Positions 1-14,038 of a DNA stretch of 64,000 nt are shown here, piece after piece. This DNA comes from Balanoglossus misakiensis. Lineage: Eukaryota > Animalia > Hemichordata. The first letter of the stretch is position 1, and every line of letters starts with the position of its first letter. The stretch is from the NCBI GenBank assembly GCA_040954595.2, contig CM082585.2, forward strand, positions 12,466,127 through 12,530,126, given 5' to 3'. A model generated the notes under the pieces. It was not told where the DNA came from, made no database searches, and saw only the letters and a list, made by a program, of their open reading frames with translations. A program made the translations under genes and the position numbers.

Positions 1-143
1 TGAGAGGGTCATTTATTTTGAAGAAGAAGCATCCTGGATAAAAACACCACTTGAGGACTTAATTTTTTATGGAGTTTTAAATGGGAAGTCCTACAGTTGC
101 ATTTAATACCAAATTTATCAAAGCCACAATACTCTACCAACAG

Positions 144-3100
144 GAAATCTAGCAAATCCAAGCAGCCAGCAGCACAACCAGAGCAAGCATCTGTCCAAGA
201 TGAACTTGAAGAAGAAATCAAGAAATTAGAAACTCAGAGGAGAGAGGCTGAGGAAAGGAGACGCCTTGAAGATGAAGCCCTTCAACAGAAGATTGAGGAA
301 ATTGAAAGGAAGAAAAAAGAAGAAGAAGAAAGAAAAAGACTTGTAAGAATATTACTGTTTCTTGATCCTCATCTGACTAAATCCAGCTGGATTGCAAGAT
401 AGAATTAAGCTCTTTGAATTGATATGCCAGGACGTAAAGGTCACATAGGGGTCAAGAAAGTGGCCTATACCGTGATGAAATAGTAAATTTTTTGTTAATT
501 TATTTCAGGAAAAAGAAAGGAAACAAAGGGAAGAGGAAGAACGAGAAAGAAGGGTGAGTGTCACTCGTTCTTTGCCGGTTGAATTTGAGATTGGCTAAAC
601 TCTGATATTTTACAAATAAAACTGGAGATATGTTGTGATTACAGAGACGCTTAGCTGAAGAAGAAAGAAAGAGAAGAGAGGAAGAAGAGAGAAGAAGAAA
701 AGAAGAAGAGGAGAGAGAAAGACAAGTAGGATATGATGTGACCTTCATGTCTAGCCTCCTCAGGATAACACATAACATGCACTGAAAACATCTTATGCAG
801 AGATTATTTAAAAAATAATTTAGTACATTAGTTTATTTTATGACAATTTATCTATTGACAGGAAGCAGAAGAAAGGAGACTAGAAAATGAAAGACGGCGG
901 AAGAGACTGGAATTGATGAGACGAAATGAGGAACAAGTCGAAAATGACAATATTGATGACTTGATTTCAAGACCAGAAAACTCAAAAACTGAATTTGAGC
1001 TTGGTGAAATTGAAACTAAACAATGCATTGAAATTGAAAACAATGATAACAGAGAAACTCGACCAAAGAGTTCTGGCGCTGAGCCAGATCTTGTGGCCAG
1101 TATTAAAGAAAGACCAAGTGATTTGGTTATCAGTGGGGTGGCATCTCCTGAAAGTTTGCCTGCACCTGTAGCACCCCCTAGAAGGAGAAAGACGAAGAAG
1201 CCCACCCCGGAAGATGGTGCTGGGGTTAGTATGGCTGTAGTCATGATGTAACATGTGATGTCACTGGTCAACTCAGTGGCTGTTCAATACATGATGATGT
1301 TTATGACATCCCTGTCAATACTGAGAGATATTCGTCCGATGAATTGCTGTCAAAGTCAACATGTAATATGAGATATCACTGGATAACTTCACTGCTGAAT
1401 TGCCTGATGAAAGAGTTTATGGCGCTTTGCTAGATTAGTGGTAAAGACCCCTTGAGATACATGTAGACAACTCCCTTACTGACAGATATTAAATTCTCTT
1501 TCTTAACAGGATGCTGCATCATTGAATGTAGAAACAAAACAACAGCAACCGCTGCAGCAGCAAGAACTGCAACAGGAAATGAAACCTGTTGGACTGCCAG
1601 TGTCAGAGAGACCATTGAGTGAAGTCTTGACACCAACAACAACCATTGAAAGTATTACCAAAGAGTTAGAATATTCATTAGATTTGGCCAGCGCTATCAA
1701 GGGTGAAAACTTAGTTCAACATGAAGTAAGTCAGTCAACAGACTAAGTTCTTTTTATTCTTGTCTCCATCCAGTTTTGTCCAGTCCTGTTGTTTTAGTCG
1801 TGTGTTTGACTTTGAATAACTGTTTATGAATAAATATTCAGAAGCATGAACATTGTGTAGAAACATCAATAAAATGATTATAATATTCATTCTTTCTGTA
1901 CAGGATCTAGAGCAAATAAAAGGCAAATCTAAAGCTGATGTTGAAGGTGTCTCAACTGATGATGGTGTTTTAGAAGCAGGTGAGACTGAAGTTGATGGAA
2001 AGACATCAGAAGACAAAAGTCATAAAGTTACTGGTGTTAAAACAGATGATGATGAGGATCATGTTAGTCAAAGATTGATCATGACCGGTCGGACAATATC
2101 AGGACAAATACTGTCAGATGAGGTAATAAGAACGATCAATTGTATTAATACCTTTATTACAGGTCACTGTATGTTTGTTTGTCTGTTTGAACACCACGAG
2201 TGAAAATCAATGAGTTTATTGAAATATATGAAAGAATATTAACATGTCTTGAACACTTTGTGTTTCAGGAAGTTCTTTCACAAGTAATAGTGAAAAATCT
2301 GGACACTGGGGAGAAAATATCTTTGGCTGAAGCGGAGGAGAAATTACCCAAATGTATCAATCCACTTGCTTTACATATCATGAGGATAACATCAGAATAT
2401 GTCAGGTTTGTGTGTTGCCCGCCAATCTTATTGCTTATTGTCGTTGCTACTGGTACACTCAATAAAGTCTCTGTTAGCATGAATGTAGAAAATACAGATA
2501 TTTTCTAGTTCAAGGACAAGGTTGAACTGTTGTTCTTAGAGCTCTTCTACATTTTATATAATATTGAACTGAATTGTTTTCTTAATTTTGCTCACAGTAA
2601 TTCCAGTCTTCACAAAGATACTTATTCTGATGAAGAGATGGAAGAAAAGACAGGATTGGCCTCAACACATGAGAAAGTAAAACAGACAACGTAAGTATTC
2701 AGCTTTTGATAATATGCTTCAGTTATAGAAAAAATATGTACATTGGGCCATTTGAACACCTTTGCCTTCCATAACCTTTACATCCTGGCATTCAATGATC
2801 CATGTACATGTATAACCTTTACATCCTGGTATTTCGTAAACCATATGAGTCTTTATATTGAATTACTACTTGTTAGGTTTCGACTGAAGAAAATAATTGG
2901 TAAGACTGTCAACAAAACTGTGAGTAAATTTAAAGAAGTGACAAAACATGAAGAAAGTTCCTCCTCAGATGATGAGACTATGATGCCCATGGACAATAGG
3001 CTGATAAAGGTAAGTCTCTGTGTGCTATCACTTGATATAAGGTCAGTATTTGGTCAGATTAATTCATACATGTTTTACTGGATTAGGATCTGTTGACATA

Positions 3101-5929
3101 AAAGTCCAAACTATGCCAGAGAGGGCGCCCTTACCATCTTCTGCTTGATAGTGACATGTATCATTGTTGGTCATCATTGTTTTCCAGTTTCTCTATCCTT
3201 AATTGCTGTATTTATAATTTTTCAGGTGAAGGCATGTTCTCACAACAAAGGGCCGTATGATTTTGATCAAGTGAAAATGACACAAGATTTGAGTGGTGTA
3301 CATGTGGGAGCAGTGTGGACCATGAAATTTTCATATTGTGGCAGGTTGCTGGTAAGTACTTCGAACACCATTTCACCATGAGCAAAATCTCCTAAGTACA
3401 CACTTTGCCACTGGGCATGTCCTTTCTCACCGGATGTACTCACTATAGTCTTTTTCACCAATCCTCACTATATTCTATCAGGCAACTGCTGGACAAGATA
3501 CTATACTTCGTATCTGGGTGCTGAAAGATCATTACAGCTATTTTGATGACATGAGACAGAGATACAACAGCGAGTCTAGAGTTTCACCCAGTCCTTCACA
3601 AGAGAGCATCAATTCTGGCACATCAGATCGAGAAACGGATCACGCAGCTGTTATGGAGGATGATGAGGCGACTGTTTTTGCCCGGCGGCCATTTTGTACT
3701 TATGAAGGACATACTGGTGATGTCTTGGATGTTTCGTGGTCAAAGGTCAGTTTGTAGTGAATTCCTCTCGAGAAAAGTTTCAAGTGTGAAGTTCTCAAAA
3801 GACTGGAGTTACATGAATTAGCATTCACCTGTGTTGGAAGATAAAGATTGTAAGTGTTTGCTTGTAGAACAACCCATGTCTTTAGAAAATGCCTTTAGTC
3901 TAAGTTCTTCATGTTTCTCTTTTTTCAGAATTATTTTATTTTGTCTTCTTCAATGGATAAAACTGTGCGGTTATGGCATATATCAAGGCGAGAATGTCTC
4001 TGCTGTTTCCAACACATTGATTTTGTCACAGCAATTGCATTTCATCCAAGGGTAAGTGAAAACTACCAACAGTTATGTTTCTCTGCAGAAGTGTGAATTT
4101 TTTCAGGTTTGGAAATTGAATATGTGATGATAGACTAGGATTTTCTTTCATAGTGCAAGAAATGACCTCAAAATTGTCTTCTAACTATTTTTCTGTCACT
4201 AACAGGATGATAGATACTTCCTGAGTGGATCTCTAGATGGTAAGTTAAGACTCTGGAATATTCCTGACAAGAAAGTCGCGTTATGGAATGAAGTGGATGG
4301 TCAGACGAAACTCATTACAGCCGCAAATTTCTGTCAGCAAGGCAAATTTGCTGTGGTTGGTACTTATGATGGTAGATGTGTGTTCTATGATACAGAGGTG
4401 AGTTGTTGATTTGTGGTGGAGTTGTTTATTTGTGGTGAAGGGATTTTTTTGTGTCCATCAGAAATTTTGAATTTGCACTTGCAGGACAATTTGTAGGTGA
4501 TTGTGTACCTTTAACTACCAGGAAAGACAATACTATTTCCATTTTCACTTCACCATGTATACGGCCACCTTGTGTCAATGCTGCGTACTGTATAAAAGAG
4601 GCACCCTAATGAGAATTACACAATATCAGTTTATTCAGCATTAAAGAATCCCCGACTATCTACATTTCCTTTCTTTTTTCCCTGCATCACAGCATTTGAA
4701 GTATTTCACTCAGATACATGTCAGATCAACCAGAGGAAAGAATGCTAAGGGTCGAAAGATAACAGGAATTGAACCCCTTCCAGGTCAAGACAGGGTAAGA
4801 TGAACTTGTGTTTTTCAAAAACCAGAATATTTATATATAGAAGAGATCTAGACCCTAGAGAATTTGATAAGTGTTTATAAATTGTTAATTATGACTTTAG
4901 TGCAAACTATGATAACAAGATGTATACTGTATTTCTCTAAAACATGTAGGTGATATGAGTTGCTCACTCAATGTTACAAAATGCTTGACTTCTGCGTTTG
5001 TTGTTTCCATAGATACTGGTTACATCCAATGATTCCAGGATAAGATGTTATGATTTGCGAGATCTGACGCTTGCTTGCAAGTACAAAGGTTGTGCCAATA
5101 ATAGTAGCCAAATCAAAGCTAGTCTCAGGTAAGATATATTTAGGTATTGTTTGGTAATATTTTTATTCGTTCAGCGGGGGGAAGTACAAGTGATGAAATG
5201 GTCGTATTACCAAGCTTGGGACTTTTGCTACATGATACACCAGAGACAATCTTCTGATGGGTAGGACGTAGTTGACCCAAGCACAGGGCAAACAATAGTT
5301 ACCCAAATACACACAGGTTTTACCCCATGATCCAAAATACATAAGGTTGTTGAAGCCCTAGAATGCATCACCCACCACTATGTTTGTCTTTATAAAAGTT
5401 TGTTTGGAGCTTTCATTTTCTATTTTGATTTCAGTCATAATGCCAAGTACATAATCTGTGGTTCAGAAGATAGATGTGTATATATCTGGAAGACACACCA
5501 TGATTATACTAAGTTTACTTCAGTGAGAAGAGATCGTAATGATTATTGGGAAAGTATTAAAGGTAAGATATTTAGTGAGATGCTACTGTATCATTGTGGA
5601 AAAACTTTTGCAGCATAAATAGAAGAATATCTTTACACAATTTGTTGTTCTATGAATCCGATTTGTTATTGTTTTGATTTGTGATTCCAACAGCACACAC
5701 AGCTGTGGTTACAGCTGCAGTCTTCACAACCAACCCATCACTGATCTTGAAACCTAAAGAAGACAACCAGTCGGACAAGAAGGTGGATGAACCCCTTGGA
5801 GCTGAAGCAGCCTTGAAGAAAAATGACAAACCTCCCAAGAAAGGAGAAGTCTTTGTATCCGCTGATTTCAACGGAGTCATGAAAGTGTTCATCAGTTATC
5901 CAAAACAGAAATCCAGTTCCCATTTTTAA
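144..5929 (+). CDS. WDR44: WD repeat protein 44 (Rab11-binding protein), about 17 exons in window, 5' end lies upstream of the window
   Basis: GT-AG exons encode WDR44-like peptides: [123 protein letters not shown]. Stop TAA ends at 5929. Confidence 0.95.
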
Positions 5930-7859
5930 AAAGTACACTGATATGAATAAAAGAAGATACCAAATTACTCCACCTTAAAAAATACATGTTACAGTACACA
6001 GGTCAATATTTGTTGACAACTAGAGTTGTAATCACCATAAACTACAATGTATATGTTTTTGATTTAAGAAAGATGGATGTAAGACTTTGCTCCCTTACTT
6101 GACATTATACTGGAAATATACCTCACAGAGTGGCTGATATGGAAACCCAAGTTGTCATTGATCATCTGTATTTTTCATCAGATTTTGTCTCTATAACCAG
6201 ATATTGAGATTGTATCTGTCCCAAAATTATACATTGATGTGTATTTCTTTTATGTGATCCGATGTATGTATATTTACATTTGAGAATTTCATCCCAATTG
6301 AAGACTAGAATTATGATTGTTTTTTAAAGAAAAGTTTAATATACGGTAGGTAAGATGCAACAGTAATGCACTTTTGTTTTGTTTTTATTTGTATCATGTG
6401 CTTGATAGAACTTCAAAGTAATGTGAAAAATTGTTTTTTTTTAGTTATCATTATTGTATATCTTTGTTGGTAGATGAACTGTTGGACCTCATGGCAAAGC
6501 TCTCCAAAATATGCCAGTTCCATAGTCACTGCACAGAACATAGGTATGCATGAATATCATAATACAAAGTTTTTTGCTCTCAGAGACTGAACATTTTCAT
6601 GGTACATGTCAGAATAAGAGTCTGTGCTTTTCATGTCCATTCTTGTCTGTTTAAATACCGGTAAGCACCCAGTTCACACACACGCACATGCCCACATATA
6701 ATGTACTTGCTTACACACAAACTCTAAATGCACACAAACACACAGAAACTGAATACTTCCACAGTAATTGGCAATACCACAACAAATTGCTGATTTAGTA
6801 CCAGTAGTATGACAGGAAGTGACAGTATGTATGTATTATGAGTCATATTCTATAAGCATTTTTTCAGGTAATTTAATATTTTTACATCAAATAATTTGAC
6901 ATACAGCAGAATGTAAAGACAGTCCACATTAAAAACGCATTCAAGTTGAAAACAAAAACATGGCAGTACTGAGCACATATCTGGGTGGGGATAGGGGCTG
7001 TTGATTGTTTTGATGGATAATTATACATACATGGTAAGTGAAACTTCATTGGGTTTTCTGTGGGGGGGGGGGGTGTGTGCAAAAATATGGAGGGGACATG
7101 AACTGAATGCTATGAACCACACAAACTCTATTCACCATCTCCCCCTTAAACTTTGCTCAACAATTCTCTCAAAGTAAGTATTTATTATCTGTTGGTAAAA
7201 AAATTCTTCTAATGCTGTTCTAAATGGTCACAAAAATAGTTGTACTGCTCAAGTTCATGATACACCAAAATGTTTACAAAACAGTATACAATTGCCATGC
7301 AGGCTAACAGCAAAATAATAAATCACTGGCTCATTCATATCAACATGTCTTCGAGCCGTTCAATTGAAATTCATTTGAGTGATTATTTAGGTCATGGTAA
7401 AGATAATCGCGAAGACACATTCATGGCTTTAATTGTTTCGATTGTACAAATTTCCAGAAACTTGGGAAGGTGTCATACAAATGCAAAAGTACCATTGGGT
7501 AGCTGGCTGTGAAATGTTAAACATTTGCATAGAGGTTCCCAAAGTCAGTGATGAAGTTTTTTTATAGCCTTGACAGCAATTGAGTGGATAGTATATTTTA
7601 AGCAATATATGCAAAAGTTTCTGACAACTATCAAGAGTTTAATTGCACAGTTAGTAGGTTTGTCAGAATCTTGATTTTGCTCATAAATAATGATAAAATG
7701 ACAATATTTTATGGCAAATGAAAATTGCATATCATAATTTATGATATACTGTTGGCTGCTTTAGAAATGGATATCCCAATCATTGTCAAGTTCATGTTGG
7801 TTTAGGTCATGGAAGTTGATTCTTGACAGCTGGAGCTAAGAATACTGCAACTGGTACAG

Positions 7860-8323
7860 CTATGCTAAATCTTCATCATCAAAAAGGTCATCAAAATCTG
7901 AAAAGGAATATGAATACATTATAACAGTACATAAAACTGAGTGAATGAATAGTGTATTTACTGAAATATACATTTGATTTGAGTAAAGTGAAGTCTTTTG
8001 TACCATTGAAGAAATCACTATGAACAGCTTTTTCATTGGCAGCTAAATCCATCAGAAGCCCTGCTGATCCACCAGCCTGTAATATGAAAAACAAAAGCAA
8101 AAAATTACATGTATGATACAACACTTCACATTCAGAGGTGTGAAAAGCACATTACCTGAAATCTATTTGTTCCAATGCGGCCTGTGGCTTCACAGGAATA
8201 TAAAGGAATACATGTACTCAACAAAAACGACCGATTTAAGCTTAACATTATTACCTCTTCAAGATCTACATACGGTCCCCCTCCTTCAGGGAACATCTCA
8301 TCCGCAACGACAGACGGCTTCAT
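7860..8323 (-). CDS. COPS9: COP9 signalosome subunit 9 (CSNAP/MYEOV2), 59 aa, 3 exons
   Basis: Exons 8323-8255, 8076-8004 and 7897-7860 (180 nt) splice to [59 protein letters not shown], close to known COPS9. Confidence 0.97.
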
Positions 8324-8744
8324 CTTCAAAACCTATGTATTTTTCAAGAGATCACAACGGAAGAAGCAGAGGGGTCTGGGTAACCGAGACTAAAGGTAAC
8401 TTCAATATCTACTTCCGGGTTAGCTCTTCTAATAACCACTGACACCCCATTGATGGTAGTTCAACCCATTCAACCCTGTATATAGAGAGCAAGAGGTAAT
8501 ATTTCTCTGCAAAATTGTGACGTGATTATAGTATAGCTTTTAGATAAGTCAATAAACAAATTGATAAGACAGTTGAAGTAACTCGTTGCAAACAAATCTT
8601 CTAGATATATCATCGTTGGGTCGTAGCAACATTTTATGGAACAGCATTGGTCTGACACGAATGGTCCCGTGACTTTACGTACGACAACCCCACTTTGAGG
8701 AAGGACTTGGATCGTTGCTGTTGATCAACCACATTTACGCCAAA
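8324..8744. promoter_or_regulatory. Bidirectional promoter region between COPS9 and LAMP
   Basis: Divergent ATGs about 420 bp apart. ETS-like CTTCCGG near 8412. CLEAR-like GTCCCGTGAC near 8665. Confidence 0.6.
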
Positions 8745-11700
8745 ATGAAGTTTTTCATCGCGTCTTTCGGACTCATTGCTGTGCTGTTGGGTAAGTTAAG
8801 ACTAATTTTGTGATTCGTATCTCAGATCGGAGTTAATGTGTACTGGTGTTCGCCTGATCATTGCCAGTGGTCCATCGCACCAGGCATGTCGATGTCTCCA
8901 TGATCAGGCTCACATCACCATGACGGAATCATCACGTGTCCCGCTTTTCGTTTTCGTTTTGATGAAAACTTTCGGAGATCAGGATATTTACGAAGAGACT
9001 CACAATCATTAAACTATAGATCTATCCAGAAAAAAATTCCTGGGGAATTTTCCGATGTATCTCAGTAAGCCGGAACAAGATTGAACCTAGAGAGGTCATG
9101 TGAGACTGAGAGACCATGAAATTTATTCTGCGAACTTTCGGTGACCTCGTACTTTTCTTGGTCTTGCGAAAGCACTCAGCGTTGTGTCACTAACAACTTT
9201 GAAGTAGACAGTGCTTGCATCATATGACCAAAACTTAATTGCATAACATCAGAGCAAGGTTTGAAGTTCACCATCGATTTGGTTCGTAATCTCATGATTT
9301 CAGGGGGAGTTACCCAACCCCATAGGCGTACACGTAAAATGTACATATACACCATACGACGTATTGCAGTTGCATAGAATTGTTCGGATTTATTCGATCA
9401 CACATTGAAACGATAGCCATCCACATAACCTGGTAAATCTGGGCCATCTTTTGTTGTTTTCTGACCGTGAAACAGTGGGTGCCACTGTTCCAGTTCCAAG
9501 CTTTAGACATTTCCCCATAGCGTTAGGGTGTCTGACACCAACTTTTTGTTTGTTAAACAAAGGAGTTGTCCTTGAATCAAGGGCATGTTTCAACTGGACA
9601 ATGGAGGTCTCCAACTTGCTGGCATTTGACTTTTTCCAACTGCAATAAAAAGTTTAATATTTTATATGATTTGAACTATACACCTCACAAAACCAGGAAG
9701 TTAGCACACAAAACTGGCTACACCCAAACCTCTAAAAAGTGGTCCAATTACCTGAACAAAATTTTACAATTTTTGAGCAATATGTCATCACATGGTTGAT
9801 GTTCTATCACACACATGTGTTAGATTCATTAAACCTAACCCAGACCACAGTGTCTCCTTGGAGGGGCTGTGCCCAGACTGACTTGTAGTTTTGATCTACA
9901 ATGTAGATAAAAGTACAGGTTTTAATTTTTAATGTCCCAATAGTATGTCTGCAGTGTGAAGTTAAACTTTTTACCCCTGTGATGTTATTCACCCCATTAT
10001 TTTTAGCTGTTAGACTTGACAAGTAATTATAATACATATAGAGGCTGGTATTATGTAAGAAGTATGAATCTAATCTGTGTTTGCGAAAACATCTGTGATG
10101 GCTACTAAGAATTCCATGCTAGTGTGTCTGGCACAGTCCAAACCCTTTGTGTGATGGTTAAATTATAACAAAGCATGGCTTCTTCTAGCCAAGGGATGAG
10201 ATGTGTCTGAAAAGTTGTATTTCAGCTGCAGGGCAGTATCAGATGAAATATTTTGTCTCAGTCAGAAAGAAGATGGTTTGTAGAATCGGCCACAACAGAT
10301 GTGTGCGTACCATGTGTCTGTCCCTCTTACTTGTTGTGATTGGTTGCCTGCAATAGAAACTTTAAATATACCATTTTTATCCACAAATACAGAAATTGAA
10401 TTATAAGTAAATACCTCAGCCTGTAGGATATCAAATGTACCTGTGGACTTAAAAAGTCTGCTGGTAGAGACTTTATGGGTAATCAAGTTATTTGTTGTCT
10501 GTGCAGAAATAGATGCCACTTGTAATACGAACAGATGGCCATACTCTCATGCTACCTGGCCATATTTTCACTGTCAATCAGAAGTGGCTTTTTGGTATAT
10601 CCTGTCTTTGGCATAATTTGTCTCATTAAAAGAAAATTATAGTAAGAAGATGGATAGATACTGCTGTTAGCAGTCACTTACCAGAATATCCTGGTTTGTT
10701 GTTTTATAGCTGCGGTCTGTTTGGTTGATGCACAAGAGAACAACATGACCACTGCAGCACCAACCACTACAGCAGCAGCCACAACCAGTGGCACTACAGC
10801 AGCTCCAAACACAACGCTGGCTGCCACAACAGAAGAAGCAACAACAGTCGCACCAACTCCAACCCAACCACCAGATGATACATTCAGAGTGCAAAACAAA
10901 GACAATGCCACCTGTCTGATCGCAAAATTTGGAATTGATTTCAAAATCACATATATGACCAAATCCAACACAACGGTAAGTATTGAACTGTTCTGCTTCA
11001 AATCCGTGATCTCTTTTCACCGGTTTTCTCTGAGTCTACACCCGAAAGAAAACCATGTACAGTGTTCAGTGTTTACACCAGCTACTTTTACCGGCCAATG
11101 TCTCTACTCAAGTAGACATACACAAGAGATAGACAAGGACATGAAAGCCTCCATCAAGGATGCTCATAAATTTGCAGATAGGGAACTGTGTTCATTCAAA
11201 TGAAGTCCTTCAAATCTGTCTACATTTGGCGTACTGGTGATTGTGTGAAGGTAGTCTAGAAATTTGAGTCTCTATCATTCAAGAGATTCAACAGGTTACA
11301 TGTTTTCACATGGTGCTATTTTGTTGCCCATTTTGAACAATCACTGCTCAGAAATTTGAGATTCCTTTTAATTTAACACATTTCTGTCTTCTAAGGGAAA
11401 CCTTATTTATGTATCAATTGCAAAAAATAATATACATGTATTTTTTAATTTTCCAGGCAACTGCAAACATTGCATTACCACTTACTACAGAAGTAGACCA
11501 AGCTAAGAGCATGTGTGGTGAGAATTCCTCAAAACTGGCATTGACTGTGCCAGACTCAGCTTTCAACTTTACCCTTGAATTTGTGAAGGACAAGACAAGC
11601 TATTATGCAAATATGACAACATTGGACTACACCCTAGACGATGAACACTTCCCAAATGCAACCAACCCTGGTAAGTGTGGCATGTTGTGTAGGACTTGTA

Positions 11701-13370
11701 TCGACCTCCAATCTCCACACATAGGAACAAACACAAACACACACTCTGGGTTGTCCTGCGAGAATGATACATTGTGGATTTTAGACAAAAAAGCTGTTTT
11801 TTGTTAACTTCAAAAGGAGACTTATCAGGTTTGGTTATTTTTTTCACAGGGCAAGTGGTGACAGCAGTTTCAACTCAGCATCTGTTTGAGGCTGCACTAA
11901 CCATGTCCTATTCCTGTCGATCGGATCAGATCTATAATTTCACCAGTGGCAATGTCGGTATGCTGACTCATGATGTCCACATTCAAGCATTTGATGTCAA
12001 AAATAATAACTTCAGTGAGGGTGAGTTTCATGTGTGTCTGTCTTTGTTTGCTCTTTGTTTGTCTGTCTTTGTTTGCTCTTTGTAACCCTACTATTGATTC
12101 AACACAGACTGACTGCAGTTTCTTGTACAACAATTTGTAAAGCTCTGTGCCCAGTCTGTCCATCATGTCCTCCATATAAAATTGATGTGATGACGCTATT
12201 TTCATTTTGGTTTCTGCAGCTGATGTATGCGCAGCAGACACTCCATCAACCAGCAGCCCCGTCACAACTGCCTCTGTTACTACGGCAGCACCCACTCCTC
12301 CTCCCTATGGCAACTGGACTGTTAAAGACTCCAATAGCACCGTGTGTATGATAATGAAGTTGGCCATCCGGTTTAACATCACCTATTTAGACAAAAACAA
12401 CAAGGTAAGAGATGAAATAGAATAGTTAGTGTCATGTATCTGTCATCCAGCCAACATGACGTGTGACAGTAAGTCATAAAAACATAAATGTACATTAATA
12501 ATGTGACATGTATGTTGTTACAGACCTTATTCAGTGTCATCGATGTGGACCCAACGCAGGTAGACACAAGCAATTCCAATTGTGAAAACCACAGCAGTTC
12601 CAACTTTGTGCTCATCTTTACAAACTGGGATGGTTGGAATATGTCCATGAAGTTTGACAAGACACAATCAGACAAGTATGCTATGGACAAGGTGACCTTG
12701 AACTACAAGTACGATGACAAGTTTCCCAATTCATCACAAGAAGGTAAAGCACATTCTTTCAATCATCCAGGCTTCATTTGGAACGTCTTGGAATCTAAGA
12801 CTGCATGGTGTGTTTGTCATTTGGGATATCTTGATCTAAAAATTATTTGGTTTGGTTTCAGGTATGGCTGTGACCAGTCAGTCCAATACTACACAACTGA
12901 GTGTTTCTGTTGGATATTCCTACAAGTGTGACAATGAACAGGACTACCATCTAGACAACAACACTATGGTGATGCTCAGAGATGTTTTGCTTCAGCCATT
13001 TGCCAGGGATGCCAAAGATGGTGGAATTGGAGCTGGTGGGTATCTTAGTTGAAATATCAGTGATCCATTACGATTTTGTGGAATTTGTCTTTTGCATGAC
13101 CTCTCCATGACCTTATGTCCTGGTGGAGTGCCAGTTTAATCAATTTGAGTTACCAACTGCACTGTAATATATAATTTTCATATCACAAATCTACCAAATA
13201 TTTTCTTCCCATTTAACCCCACAGCTGAGGACTGTGAAGCAGACCAGACAACCAGTAACATCGTTCCCATTGCAGTGGGATGTGCCCTTGCAGGTCTTGT
13301 CATCATTGTCCTTATAGCATATCTGATCGGTCGTCGTAGGAGTCACGCCAAAGGATATCAGTCTGTCTAA
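8745..13370 (+). CDS. Lysosome-associated membrane glycoprotein (LAMP1/2-like, two LAMP domains), 8 exons
   Basis: Exons about 8745-8790, 10710-10975, 11457-11670, 11850-12020, 12220-12404, 12524-12743, 12862-13036, 13224-13370. Signal peptide, Thr-rich segment, two Cys-paired LAMP domains with a Pro/Thr hinge, many NxS/T sites, [26 protein letters not shown], tail [12 protein letters not shown] (GYxxPhi). Confidence 0.95.
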
Positions 13371-13947
13371 TGAACACCAAGTTTGTTTGAACCCTCTACA
13401 GCTGGCCAACACCCCCCTCCTGTGTTGAAATAATTTAGTTTCCCACAAGGAGATGCTAAACATTAGGACAGTGGGATTGTTCAAAATTTAAATTAAACTA
13501 GAGGACTTGTCATTGGTATGCACTCTTTGCCCTTGTACTTGTAGAAATAGTTGCTTTAAACCATACCAGTGCTTTCTGTAGAGGGTTCAAATATAAAACA
13601 GTCAGATCAAAAAATCTTATAAAAGTACTAGACAAAGTTCACCAATCACAACTTTTTATTGGTTGTAAATTTTTTGTATAAATTCATAACGAAGATGGTA
13701 CAATGGATATACAAGCTTTTTGTCAGCCGTTGCTTTGCAGTTTTGAAAACTTGACAAACGGCGTACATTTTTTATCAGACAAGAGTCATCTTCTCATGAA
13801 AATCATGGAAGCAGCAAGTAAGTGGCAGAGTTTAATTAGCTCTTGCTAAGTGAACCCTGTAAGTTTGTGATAAAGGGAAGTAGTTGTGGTTGTCCATGAG
13901 CACTGGTATGGTAATATAATATCATGAAATTGAGTTGAAACCAAGTC

Positions 13948-14038
13948 TAACCCTTTCACCCCCAGTTCCCTCTTTACAGGTCCAACATTACCATAGAAAA
14001 CAGTGTGTTTGAATTGAACCATGGTGGTGAAAGGGTTA
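13948..14038. mobile_element. Short MITE with piggyBac-like ends in the LAMP 3' region
   Basis: TAACCCTTTCACC ... GGTGAAAGGGTTA terminal inverted repeats. Flanks are CTAA and TTAA. Confidence 0.6.

Noticed and set aside
3353-3481. Possible U12-type intron in WDR44 (TCCTCAC near the acceptor)
   Set aside because: The donor is GTAAGT (U2 type), not GTATCCTT.
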